A stretch of 32,000 bases of DNA. Source: an uncultured Actinomycetota bacterium. GTDB taxonomy: Bacteria > Actinomycetota > Actinomycetes > Actinomycetales > Kineosporiaceae. Under the pieces are notes generated by a model, which had not been told where the DNA came from, searched no databases, and saw only the letters and a program-made list of their open reading frames with translations. Made by a program: the position numbers and the translations under genes. Location: positions 42,297 to 74,296 of the forward strand of contig CAWBAJ010000022.1 of NCBI GenBank assembly GCA_963786765.1, read 5' to 3'. Positions within the stretch are counted from its first letter, which is position 1; each line of letters starts with the position of its first letter. Positions 1-8,284 of this stretch are shown one piece after another.

Positions 1-215
1 CGCAGCTCGGCCGGCTCAAGACCATGATCGACGGGCTCGTCGCAAGCGGCTTCGTCACCGACCTCGCGTCGGGCAAGTTCCACCAGTCCTACGAGCAGTG
101 GAACACCGGCGCACGCAACGTGATGGCCGGCCTCGAGGGCATGAGCAGCTTCCTGCGTACCGCGGTCGCCCAGCACCAGCAGCTCGACCAGCAGCTCAGC
201 AGCTCCGTCGGCTGA
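1..215 (+). CDS. WXG100/Esx-like small T7SS substrate (5' end outside window)
   Basis: The frame is open from nt 3 to TGA 213-215 (in-window ATG at 24). The ~70 visible aa are small, helical and Gln/Ala-rich. They have a central Trp turn (SYEQWNTGARNV; W-x-x-G, not strict WxG) and end in AQHQQLDQQLSSSVG. The gene lies 43 nt upstream of, and co-oriented with, the FtsK-type T7SS ATPase. The call rests on size, composition and context. Confidence 0.5.
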   Translation, partial: QLGRLKTMIDGLVASGFVTDLASGKFHQSYEQWNTGARNVMAGLEGMSSFLRTAVAQHQQLDQQLSSSVG

Positions 216-258
216 GCGCGACGGGCGCGGGCGAGCGGGGCGGACCGGGGAGGCGGCC

Positions 259-3200
259 ATGATGCTGAGGCTGACGTTGAGGCATCCCGCGTCGGGAGCG
301 GAGGCGGACGTCGAGGTGACGGCGGAGCCGGGCAGCAGTGTCGGCTCGCTGCTTGCCGCCTCGCCGATCCCCGTCGCCGGCCGGCCCTGCTACCTCGCGC
401 GCCCGGAGGGCAGTTCTGGCTCCGTGGTCCGGCTCGACCCGGACGCGACCCTCGCCGCCGCGGGCATCACCCACGGATGTGTCGTCTCGGTCGGTGCCCC
501 GGCCGCCGTTGCGGCCGGCGGGCCGCCGGCGGCGGCCGGGGCACTCGAGATCGTCGACGGTCCCGGCCGCGGGACTCTGCACTGGGTGGCGCCCGGCCGG
601 CACGTCGTCGGCCGGGGCAACGCCGCGGATGTCCGGCTCGAGGACCTCAGCGTGTCGCGGGCGCACGCCGGGCTGGACGTCGGCGCCGATCGGGACGCCA
701 CCTCGGTCGCCGACCTCGGCTCCAGCAACGGCACCACCCTGGACGGCCGGCCGCTCGGCACGGGCCCGCTGCACGGGGGCAGCCGGATAGGGATGGGCGA
801 CACCGTCCTGCAGTGGACGCCGTTGCCGGCCCGGGCAGCGCATGCGACGCCGAGCCCGGACGGGCGCCTCGACTTCGACCGCGCCTTTGCCCCCGCACCC
901 GCTCTTCCGCGCACCCGGATCACGTTCCCCGACGCGGCCGCCGAGTCGTCGGCCCTCGTCCGGGTCCTGCTGACCGCCGGCGCGCCGCTGCTCGCCGGCG
1001 TGCTCATGGCCTGGCTGTTCCGGCAGCCGGCGATGCTGCTCTTCGCCGTGCTCGGCCCGCTCATGGCTCTCGGGCCCTACCTGGGCGATCGCCGGTCGCG
1101 GGGGCATCGCAGCCGTGAGCAGCGAGCCGTCCGGGAGCGGGCCGAGCGCGACCTCGCCGAGCACGTGCGGCGGGAGGAACACGCTCGCGCCACGCTGACC
1201 CCCGACCGCGTGCACCTCGCCGCCGCTGCCACCGGCGCCGGTCGGGGACTGTGGCCCAGAGGCGGCGAGAGCCCGCACGGCCTCGTCGTCCGGGTCGGGA
1301 CCGCGGACGCCGAGGCAATGCTGGACCTGCATGGGACGCCGTGGCCCGGCTTCCGCCCGCCCGTCCTGCGGGCGGCGCCCGTAACCGTCGACCTGCGCCG
1401 GGCCGGCGTGCTCGGCGTGGTCGGGAAGCCCCGGGACACCGCACCGCTGGTCCGCTGGCTGGTGACGCAGCTCGCCGTTCTGCGCAGCCCCGAGGACCTG
1501 ACGCTGGTCGTGCTCGCGGCCGACGACGCCGATGCCGAGGACGACCTCTCGTGGACGCGCTGGCTGCCGCATGCCGAGGTCGGCGAGACCGGCCGCGCGC
1601 CGTGCCGGATCGGCGTCACCGCGGCCACGCGCACCGCGCGGCTCACCGAGCTGACCGAGCTGATCGCCGCTCGGCGCACCGCCGCCGACGCCGGGCCGGC
1701 GGACGCGTGGGCCCAGGAGGTCGTCGTCCTGTTGCAGGGCGCCGTCGCACTGCGCCGGCTCCCTGGTATTCGCCAGGTGCTGCGCGAGGGACCCGCGGTC
1801 GGCGTCCACGCGATCTGCGTGGACCGGCAGGACCTGAACGAGTGCCACGCCCTGTGCGCCGTCGACGGCGACCGCCTCGTCCTGACGCCCAGCCGACAGG
1901 AGCCGTCCGTCGTCGTCCGTGCGGAGGGGCTCGACCTCGCAACTGCGGGCGACCTCGCGCGGTCCCTCGCGCCGATGCGCGACCGGCTGACACTGGCCGG
2001 CGCGCAGGCCGCCGTCCCGTACCCGGTGCGCTATGTCGACCTCGTCGCGATGCCCGAGCCCTCACCCGAGCACGTGCGCCAGCGGTGGTCGGCCCGGCCC
2101 GGGCCGACCACCGAGGCCGTGCTGGGCGCGGACGGCGCCGGGCGGGTGTGCGTCGACCTCGCGCGGCAGGGGCCGCACACGATGCTCGGAGGCGCCACCG
2201 GTGCCGGCAAGAGCATCCTGCTACAGACCCTGGTCACCGCGCTCCTGCTCGACAATCGCCCCGACGAGCTGAATCTCGTGCTCGTCGACTTCAAGGGCGG
2301 CAGCGCTTTCCTGCCGTTCGCGGGCTGCCCGCACGTCGTCGGCCTGATCCGCTCCACCGGGAGCACGCCCGCCGACGTGTTCGACGAGGCCGCCGCCGTC
2401 CGCGTGCTCGCCTCGGTGCGCGCGGAGGTGCGCCGCCGCGAGTCGATCCTCGCGCCCTACGGCGGCGAGCTCGACGAGTACTGGCGGGCGCGGCGCACGG
2501 ACCGCAGGCTGGCGGCGCTGCCCCGGCTCGTCATGATCTTCGACGAGTTCGCGCGGGTACTCGAGACGACCCCCGACTTCCTGCGCGAGCTCGTCAACGT
2601 CTCCGCCAAGGGCCGCTCGCTCGGCATCCACCTCGTGCTCGCGACCCAGTCGCTGCAGGGCAAGCTCTCACCGGAGCTCAAGAACAACATCGACCTGCGG
2701 ATCTCGCTGCGCCAGAACGAGGTGTCCGACAGCGTCGAGGTGCTCGGCGCACCGGACGCGGCCGGGATCCCGGGACACCTGCGAGGCCGCGGCATGATCC
2801 TCTGCACCAGGGACGAGGTGCGGCTGCCCCGGGTGTTCCAGTCGGGGTACCTCGGCGACGCTCCCCCGCGCGGCGGCGCCGTGCCCGCCCGGGTCCGTCT
2901 CGTCGACTGGCCGAGCCTCGGCGCGGACCGGCCGGAGCCGGACGACGCCTCGCGCGGTGGGGACACCGACCAGACGCTCGTGATCGCCGCGATCGAGCAG
3001 GCCGCCCGCGAGCTCGCCGTCCCCGCGCCCTCCCGGCCCCTGCTCCCACCGCTGCCCGCCGTCGTCCGCCCCGCCGACGTCGACCAGCTCGCGACGGTCG
3101 CGCCGGCGCCCACCGCCGTCCCGTTCGGCCTCGTCGACGACCCCGCCGGCCAGGCCCAGCTGCCCGCCGTCCTCGACCTGGCGGGCACCGATCGGCTCCT

Positions 3201-4605
3201 GATCGCGGGCGGTCCCCAGTCGGGTCGGACGACGGCCGCGCGTGCCCTCGTCCGCGCCCTCGCCGTCCGCTTCCGCCCCGACCGGGTACATCTCTACGTC
3301 CTCGAGCAGCACCCCGGCGGACTCGCCGACGCCGCCCGGCTTCCGCACTGCGGAGCGGTGCTCTCCCCTGCCGAGCCCGACCGGATCCGCCGGTTCGTCA
3401 TCTGGCTCGAGGGTGAGGTGCAGCGTCGCAAGTCCGCCGGATCCACCGCGGCGGCCGCGCTGCCGTGGATCGTCGTCGTGATCGACGGCTGGGAGCAGTT
3501 CGAGAACCGCAGCGACCCGACCTTCATGGAGACGTCGCTGCTGGGCCGCCTGCGCGCCGTGATCACCGCGGGGACGCCGCTCGGAGTCCACGTCGTGGCC
3601 CTCGGCGGCCAGGACCTGCTCGCGGGCAAGCTGCCGGCGCTCTTCAGCCGTCGCATCCTGCTGCCGTTCCCGCAGGAGGACGTGCGGCGTGCGCACCTCC
3701 TGCCCGGGACCCCGCGTCCGCCGCTCGTGCCGGGCCGCGGCATCGACGCGGCGACCGGCCGGCAGGTCCAGGTCGTCGACGCCGATCTGGCCGATCTGGC
3801 CGATCTGGCCGATCCGGCCGATCCGGCCGATCCGGCCGGGCTCGGCGACCTGCAGCGGCCCATCGGCGGCGCCGTGGCCGTGAGCTTCCCGAGCCTGCCC
3901 GTCGCTGTGCCGTCGCGAGAGGTCGCCCGGCCCGTCGGCGTCGCCGATACCTGGGTGCCGCTCGGCGTCGGCGGTCAGGACGTCGGTCCCGTCGGCGCCG
4001 ACCTCTTCGAGGCGGGGCCGCACCTGCTGCTGATTTCGGGACGGGCCGGCTCCGGCCGCACCACGGCGCTCGCGGCGCTCGGGGGGGCGCTGCGCCGCGC
4101 CGGTGTGGGGGTGCTGGCCGTGGCACCCCCGCGCTCGCCGCTGCCCGGGCTGCTGCCCGAGGACGACGGCGTCCGCGTGGTGAGTGGCACGACCGTCAAG
4201 GACCGTGACCTGCGGGACGCTGTCGCGGCCTTCGGGGACGGCCGGTACGCGATGCTCGTCGACGACGTCGAGCAGCTCACCGTCGTCCCCGAGCAGGACG
4301 GCTTCGCCGACCGGCCGACGGTGCTGCAGGACGTCGCCGCTCCCGGGGCGCTCGGCACCCGCGCGCTGGTGCTCGCCGGCGACGCGCTGCCCGTGCTCTC
4401 CGGCGGGCGACGGAACCTCATGCGCGTGGTCACCGAGGTGATGACGTCGGGCCGGCGGCTGCTGCTCACGCCGACGCAGCCGATGGCGGCCCGCGAGCAC
4501 GGCGTCAACCTGGAGCCCGACCAGTTCCTCGCCGGGCCGCCCGGGCGCGGCTACCTCACCGACGGCTCCGACCTGCAGCTCGTCCAGCTGGCCCTGCCCT
4601 CGTAA
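259..4605 (+). CDS. EssC/EccC-type type VII secretion ATPase (beta-grasp + FHA + 2 TM + three FtsK/SpoIIIE P-loop domains)
   Basis: 1448-aa ORF; ATG 259 is preceded by GGGGAGG (249-255). aa 1-79 look like a YukD-type beta-grasp (LTLRHPASGAEADVEVTAEPGSSVGSLL...ATLAAAGITHGCVVSVG). aa ~96-187 are an FHA domain with canonical residues (VGRGN, SVSRAH, SSNGTTLDG). Two TM helices span aa ~231-275. Walker A motifs are GGATGAGKS (nt ~2188-2214), GGPQSGRTT (~3205-3234) and GRAGSGRTT (~4035-4064). Overlapping ORFs on both strands are Arg/Pro/Gly-rich shadow frames. Confidence 0.9.
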   Translation: MMLRLTLRHPASGAEADVEVTAEPGSSVGSLLAASPIPVAGRPCYLARPEGSSGSVVRLDPDATLAAAGITHGCVVSVGAPAAVAAGGPPAAAGALEIVDGPGRGTLHWVAPGRHVVGRGNAADVRLEDLSVSRAHAGLDVGADRDATSVADLGSSNGTTLDGRPLGTGPLHGGSRIGMGDTVLQWTPLPARAAHATPSPDGRLDFDRAFAPAPALPRTRITFPDAAAESSALVRVLLTAGAPLLAGVLMAWLFRQPAMLLFAVLGPLMALGPYLGDRRSRGHRSREQRAVRERAERDLAEHVRREEHARATLTPDRVHLAAAATGAGRGLWPRGGESPHGLVVRVGTADAEAMLDLHGTPWPGFRPPVLRAAPVTVDLRRAGVLGVVGKPRDTAPLVRWLVTQLAVLRSPEDLTLVVLAADDADAEDDLSWTRWLPHAEVGETGRAPCRIGVTAATRTARLTELTELIAARRTAADAGPADAWAQEVVVLLQGAVALRRLPGIRQVLREGPAVGVHAICVDRQDLNECHALCAVDGDRLVLTPSRQEPSVVVRAEGLDLATAGDLARSLAPMRDRLTLAGAQAAVPYPVRYVDLVAMPEPSPEHVRQRWSARPGPTTEAVLGADGAGRVCVDLARQGPHTMLGGATGAGKSILLQTLVTALLLDNRPDELNLVLVDFKGGSAFLPFAGCPHVVGLIRSTGSTPADVFDEAAAVRVLASVRAEVRRRESILAPYGGELDEYWRARRTDRRLAALPRLVMIFDEFARVLETTPDFLRELVNVSAKGRSLGIHLVLATQSLQGKLSPELKNNIDLRISLRQNEVSDSVEVLGAPDAAGIPGHLRGRGMILCTRDEVRLPRVFQSGYLGDAPPRGGAVPARVRLVDWPSLGADRPEPDDASRGGDTDQTLVIAAIEQAARELAVPAPSRPLLPPLPAVVRPADVDQLATVAPAPTAVPFGLVDDPAGQAQLPAVLDLAGTDRLLIAGGPQSGRTTAARALVRALAVRFRPDRVHLYVLEQHPGGLADAARLPHCGAVLSPAEPDRIRRFVIWLEGEVQRRKSAGSTAAAALPWIVVVIDGWEQFENRSDPTFMETSLLGRLRAVITAGTPLGVHVVALGGQDLLAGKLPALFSRRILLPFPQEDVRRAHLLPGTPRPPLVPGRGIDAATGRQVQVVDADLADLADLADPADPADPAGLGDLQRPIGGAVAVSFPSLPVAVPSREVARPVGVADTWVPLGVGGQDVGPVGADLFEAGPHLLLISGRAGSGRTTALAALGGALRRAGVGVLAVAPPRSPLPGLLPEDDGVRVVSGTTVKDRDLRDAVAAFGDGRYAMLVDDVEQLTVVPEQDGFADRPTVLQDVAAPGALGTRALVLAGDALPVLSGGRRNLMRVVTEVMTSGRRLLLTPTQPMAAREHGVNLEPDQFLAGPPGRGYLTDGSDLQLVQLALPS
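3781..3834 (+). repeat. In-frame 9-bp tandem repeat, 6 units (3 x GCCGATCTG + 3 x GCCGATCCG), encoding (ADL)3(ADP)3
   Basis: Read directly: gccgatctg x3 then gccgatccg x3. It encodes ..VVD-ADLADLADLADPADPADP-AGLGDL.. in the linker between the 2nd and 3rd P-loop domains of the ATPase. Confidence 0.95.
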
Positions 4606-4608
4606 TGG

Positions 4609-5388
4609 TCAGGCCGGAAGAAGGCCGGTAAGGACGGCGGGGCCCGTCCGGGCCGGGTTGTTGTCCGGTTCCAAGGTGATGACCATTCGCGAACCAGGGT
4701 TCTGCTGCAGGTCCCAGACGGTCCACATCCTGACGTCAGCGGAGGTGCCGCCGGGCGGGATCTCGAATGAGCCCGCGGAGACGGCGTCCGGGTGCGACAC
4801 GGTGTCGTCCGTGCCGACGTACCAGCACTCGTAGTGCCCCTCCCCGTCAGGAACGGGCGAAAGGCCGCTCACGGTGAGTCGGACGGACCAGCCGTTGTCG
4901 GTGTTCTCGCCCACTGCCTCGCCGCGGGCAGGTCCGCCGTTCGGGGCCTGGAGAGCGATCGTCACGGTGGGCGGCGCGGACTGCCGGAGGGCCCAGATCC
5001 CGCCGCCGGCGGCGATCAGGACGGCGGCGGCTGCCGCCACGAGCCACGTCAGGGGACGGCGAGGGCGCCCCCGGCGCTCCGCCAGGCCCACCACGGGTGC
5101 GTCGCCGGCCTGAGCGACGGAACGGTGGACGGGCTGCTCGGCGGCTGCTTCCCGGACGGCGCGGAGCGTGCGCTCCTCGAGGCCGGGCGGCAGCTCGACA
5201 GGCGGTGCGGCCACGCCGAGGAGCGCGCGTGCCGGCCGCAACTCGCGGACCTCCTTGCGGCAGGCCTCGCAGGTCTCGAGGTGGGCGGCGAAGCGCTCGG
5301 CCTCCTGCGGGTCCAGAGCACCCAGCACCCAGGCGGCGGCGTCAGCGTGCGGGCCCGGCCCCTCGAGCTCCGGTCGCGGCTCAGACAT
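4609..5388 (-). CDS. Membrane-spanning zinc-binding (ZAS-type, RskA-like) anti-sigma factor
   Basis: The protein starts MSEPRPELEG... and carries an H-x3-C-x2-C motif (AAHLETCEACRKEV). It has one TM helix (LTWLVAAAAAVLIAAGGGIWAL) and an extracytoplasmic C-terminal domain. Start ATG 5388..5386 overlaps the sigma-gene stop (ATGTCTGA, 8-nt overlap). The 15 upstream codons in the ORF track (MACARCARACRREGS) are treated as non-coding. Confidence 0.8.
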   Translation of the reverse strand: MSEPRPELEGPGPHADAAAWVLGALDPQEAERFAAHLETCEACRKEVRELRPARALLGVAAPPVELPPGLEERTLRAVREAAAEQPVHRSVAQAGDAPVVGLAERRGRPRRPLTWLVAAAAAVLIAAGGGIWALRQSAPPTVTIALQAPNGGPARGEAVGENTDNGWSVRLTVSGLSPVPDGEGHYECWYVGTDDTVSHPDAVSAGSFEIPPGGTSADVRMWTVWDLQQNPGSRMVITLEPDNNPARTGPAVLTGLLPA

Positions 5389-5950
5389 CGAACCCTCGCG
5401 CCTGCAGGCCCGCGCGCAGCGCGCGCAGGCCATGGAACATCCGCGTCTTCACCGTTCCGAGCGGGATGCCGAGCCGCTGCGCGATCTCCGACTGGGTCAT
5501 GCCCTCGTCGTAAGCCAGCGCGAGAACCTCGCGCTGGGGCGCGCTCACGCCGTCCAGCGCCTCGCGGACGACGAGGCTGTCCATCAGCTGGTCGACGTTG
5601 TCCTCGACCGGCGGCAGGAACACGTCCTCGACAGGTCCGTGGACCCGCGACGACGGTCGTCGCCGGACGTCGGTTGCCACGCTGCGCGCGATCACGAACA
5701 GGTAGGCGCCCACGGTCCCTCGTTGCGGATCGAAACGGGAAGCCGTTCGCCAGAGCCGCACGAACGTCTCCTGCACGACCTCCTCGGCCAGCCCAGAGTC
5801 CGCCAGCAGGCGCAGGGCGAACCCGTAGATCCGTCCGGAGTAGCGCCGGAACAGCTCCGCGACGGGGGCGCCGTCGTCGCCGGCCGCCATGCGCGCGACG
5901 AGTTCGGCGTCCTCGCGTGCCAGCTGCTCTCGCGCATCCTCGCCTACCAT
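5381..5950 (-). CDS. ECF (group IV sigma-70) RNA polymerase sigma factor
   Basis: Region 2 reads ELFRRYSGRIYGFALRLLADSGLAEEVVQETFVRLWR. Region 4 HTH reads REVLALAYDEGMTQSEIAQRLGIPLGTVKTRMFHGLRALR. I chose the start at MVGEDAREQ (ATG 5950..5948); the longer ORF-track extension to 6163 is Arg/Pro/Ala-rich with no sigma similarity. Confidence 0.85.
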   Translation of the reverse strand: MVGEDAREQLAREDAELVARMAAGDDGAPVAELFRRYSGRIYGFALRLLADSGLAEEVVQETFVRLWRTASRFDPQRGTVGAYLFVIARSVATDVRRRPSSRVHGPVEDVFLPPVEDNVDQLMDSLVVREALDGVSAPQREVLALAYDEGMTQSEIAQRLGIPLGTVKTRMFHGLRALRAGLQARGFDV

Positions 5951-6095
5951 CGACACCAGGTACCAGCCTCTAGTACGAGCCGTCCGCGTCGCCCGGTTCA
6001 GTTCCGCAGCGGCCGCACCCCGGACGGTTCGTGCCAGTCTAGGCAGGGGGTACGCCCGCGGCGGGGTCGCGCGGTCGCCCGCACCAGGAGGCCTG

Positions 6096-7745
6096 ATGCC
6101 GGACGAGCAGGAACCGGGGGCGACGCCAAAACCGTTCGGTTCCGCGGCCCGTAGTCCTGGCATGAGCGCAGCAGCGAGCGCACCCGCCCTGCCCCGGGTG
6201 ATCGGCGTGAGTGACCTCGTCGTGCTCCACCAGGGCGGGTTCGCGACCGTCTACCGCGGCTACCAGCAGCGCCTCGACCGCTGGGTGGCCGTCAAGGTGA
6301 TCGGGGACGCCGAGCCGGAGCGGGTCCGAGTCCGTCGCTTCGAACGCGAATGCGCGATCATGGGGCGGTTGTCGAGCCATCCGCACGTATTGCGCGTCCA
6401 CGACAGCGGTTACCTGCACGGCGGGGCACCGTACCTCGTCACCGAGCTGTGCCTGCGCGGCTCCCTGGCCGACCGGCTCGGCCGTGAGGGCCGGCTGCCC
6501 GCCGCGGACGTGGTCGCGCTCGCGCGGGCGATCAGCGGCGTGCTGGCGGCCATGCACGCGGACGGCCTGCTTCACCGTGACGTGAAGCCGGGCAACATCC
6601 TGTTCCGCGACTCCGGCGAGCCCGTGCTCGCCGACTTCGGCCTCGCGGTGCCGCTCTCTGAATCGGAGGCCGAGCCGCGCGCCGCCAGCCCGACGTTCAC
6701 CGCGCCCGAGGCACGGGACGCGGGCAGCTGGACGCCGGCCGCCGACGTCCACGCCCTCGGGACCACACTGCGCATTGCGCTCGGTGGTACCAGCGGAACG
6801 GACCAGGACGCCGGCATGCTGCATGCGCTCGTGACCCGGATGCTCGCGCCGGACCCGTCCGCCAGGCCGACCGCCGCGGAGGTCGTCGCCGAACTCGGGG
6901 CTTCTCCCGTGACCACCAGCGGCACGGCGGACCGATCGGTGGCAGACGGCCCGTTCCCGGCCCTCCGTCCGCTGCAGGCCCCCGGCCCGCTCCCGCCCGG
7001 GTCGAGCGCCGTTATCGACGAACCGACGCAGGTGAAGGCGGCCGAGCCGCCCGATGGACGCCACTGGCCCCGTCGGGTCCCGCTCGTCGCCGCCATTCCC
7101 CTCGCCGTCCTCGTGGCGGTCGTCGCAACGTTCCTGCTGACCGGTCGGCCGGTGGGACCGGCTCCTCGTTCCGCCGCGTCCGTCGCGCCCACCGGGTTGG
7201 CACCCGCTCCCACTGCCGCTGCGCGCGGCGGCGGCACGGCCAGGACGCCGAGCGCCGCGCCGTCGGGTTCGCCCGCCGCCTCGTCGCCCGCCACCACCGC
7301 GGGTGACACCGCACCGGCCGGGTACCGATGGGTGGCGGCGGCGCAGGGACTGCGGGTGGCCGTGCCGCAGCGCTGGCCCCTGCACCCCGTACCCGGCACC
7401 GCGGAGCTGCGCGCCGTCGATCCGCAGCACCCGGCGCGGTTCGTCCAGGTCGGCGGTTACCGCCCGGGGCACACCAGCCAGCTGGCACGGGTGCGCGGGT
7501 ACGCCTCGACCGAGAGCGCGGGATACCGGCAGATCCACCTCGAGCAGGTCGGCTACGGCGCCTCGCCGGACGCCGTCGACTGGGAGTACATCTACCTGGC
7601 CGGCGGCGCGGACCGGCATGCGGAGGGCCGGTACTGGCGGCTGGGCGGCGCCGAGTACGTCGTGTATGCGAGTGCACCCGCGGCGGACTGGTCCGGAATG
7701 CGACGCGTGTTCGCCGTCCTCGTCGCGACGGCACGCCCGCACTGA
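6096..7745 (+). CDS. Transmembrane Hanks-type Ser/Thr protein kinase with extracytoplasmic C-terminal domain
   Basis: ATG 6096 is preceded by AGGAG (6086-6090). Kinase motifs are GGFATVY, VAVKV, HRDVKPGNILF, DFGLA and SPTFTAPE. A TM helix (VPLVAAIPLAVLVAVVATFLL) is followed by an Ala/Pro/Ser linker. The ~140-aa outer domain begins GLRVAVPQRWPL. Divergent from the ECF sigma gene. Confidence 0.85.
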   Translation: MPDEQEPGATPKPFGSAARSPGMSAAASAPALPRVIGVSDLVVLHQGGFATVYRGYQQRLDRWVAVKVIGDAEPERVRVRRFERECAIMGRLSSHPHVLRVHDSGYLHGGAPYLVTELCLRGSLADRLGREGRLPAADVVALARAISGVLAAMHADGLLHRDVKPGNILFRDSGEPVLADFGLAVPLSESEAEPRAASPTFTAPEARDAGSWTPAADVHALGTTLRIALGGTSGTDQDAGMLHALVTRMLAPDPSARPTAAEVVAELGASPVTTSGTADRSVADGPFPALRPLQAPGPLPPGSSAVIDEPTQVKAAEPPDGRHWPRRVPLVAAIPLAVLVAVVATFLLTGRPVGPAPRSAASVAPTGLAPAPTAAARGGGTARTPSAAPSGSPAASSPATTAGDTAPAGYRWVAAAQGLRVAVPQRWPLHPVPGTAELRAVDPQHPARFVQVGGYRPGHTSQLARVRGYASTESAGYRQIHLEQVGYGASPDAVDWEYIYLAGGADRHAEGRYWRLGGAEYVVYASAPAADWSGMRRVFAVLVATARPH

Positions 7746-7942
7746 GCATTCCTCCCGGTCGGCCCGCATTTACTGTCCGCGGCGGGGGCACAAAGAATGC
7801 GGAGCCGCTCGCCGAGCGCGTGAACCGATCCACGCGGGCGGGGCGGCGTAGAAGCTTTCGACAGGCCGCCTGCAGACGTTTCGGTGGCCGCACGAAACCA
7901 CACCGCACGAGTCGACGCGACATTCACGAGAGGACGGCGGTA

Positions 7943-8260
7943 ATGGCCACCTCCTTCGGATGCAATCCCCCCGCGGCGGTTCGAGCGGCCGGCGAGCTCG
8001 CCGCGATCCGGCAGGACGTGGCGAGCGCCGGGCAGCTCGACTCCGGATCGGGCGTCACCGGTTCCGACCGCATCGAGGCGGCGCTGCACGCGTTCTTCAC
8101 GGACTCGACGCAGAGCCGGCAGAACCTCGAGCACCTGCTCGACCGGGCCGTCGGAATGCTCCGCGGCCTCGCGACCGGCAGCACCGACCTGGACCGCAAC
8201 CTCGCTACGGCTCTGACGCCCGGCCGCACGACGGTCGCCGGTCCCGGCAGCCCGCGTTAG
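7943..8260 (+). CDS. Small (105 aa) predicted helical protein, first gene of the Rhs toxin operon; candidate T7SS targeting/partner protein
   Basis: ATG 7943 with GAGAGGA ~10 nt upstream. GC3 is high in this frame. There is no signal peptide or TM helix. The sequence is Ala/Leu/Asp-rich (..AAVRAAGELAAIRQDVASAG..RIEAALHAFFTDSTQSRQNLEHLLDRAVGMLRGLATGSTDLDRNLATAL..). The function is inferred from position only. Confidence 0.6.
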   Translation: MATSFGCNPPAAVRAAGELAAIRQDVASAGQLDSGSGVTGSDRIEAALHAFFTDSTQSRQNLEHLLDRAVGMLRGLATGSTDLDRNLATALTPGRTTVAGPGSPR

Positions 8261-8284
8261 CCCCCGCTTGGAAGAGAGGCAGCC

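Noticed and set aside
3781-3834. Tandem repeat considered as a CRISPR array or regulatory repeat
   Set aside because: The units are 9 bp with no spacers, lie inside a CDS and are in-frame. It is a coding microsatellite, not CRISPR.
196-4500. Very long ORFs overlapping the ATPase gene on both strands (for example 196..1848 -, 1251..3416 +, 2668..4500 -)
   Set aside because: Their translations are Arg/Pro/Gly/Ala-rich low-complexity with no motifs, which is typical of shadow frames in >70% GC DNA. The 259..4605 frame carries all recognisable domains.
5889-6163. N-terminal extensions offered by the ORF track for the kinase (from 5889), the sigma factor (to 6163) and the anti-sigma factor (to 5433)
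   Set aside because: The extensions overlap the divergent promoter region or the neighbouring gene, are compositionally non-protein-like and lack an SD. Internal starts at 6096 (AGGAG), 5950 and 5388 fit family N-termini.
7821-7850. ECF-type promoter directly upstream of the toxin operon
   Set aside because: The GAAC to CGTA spacing is 21 nt rather than 16-18, so I do not call it a promoter. It is kept only as a look-alike noted under the sigma promoter finding.
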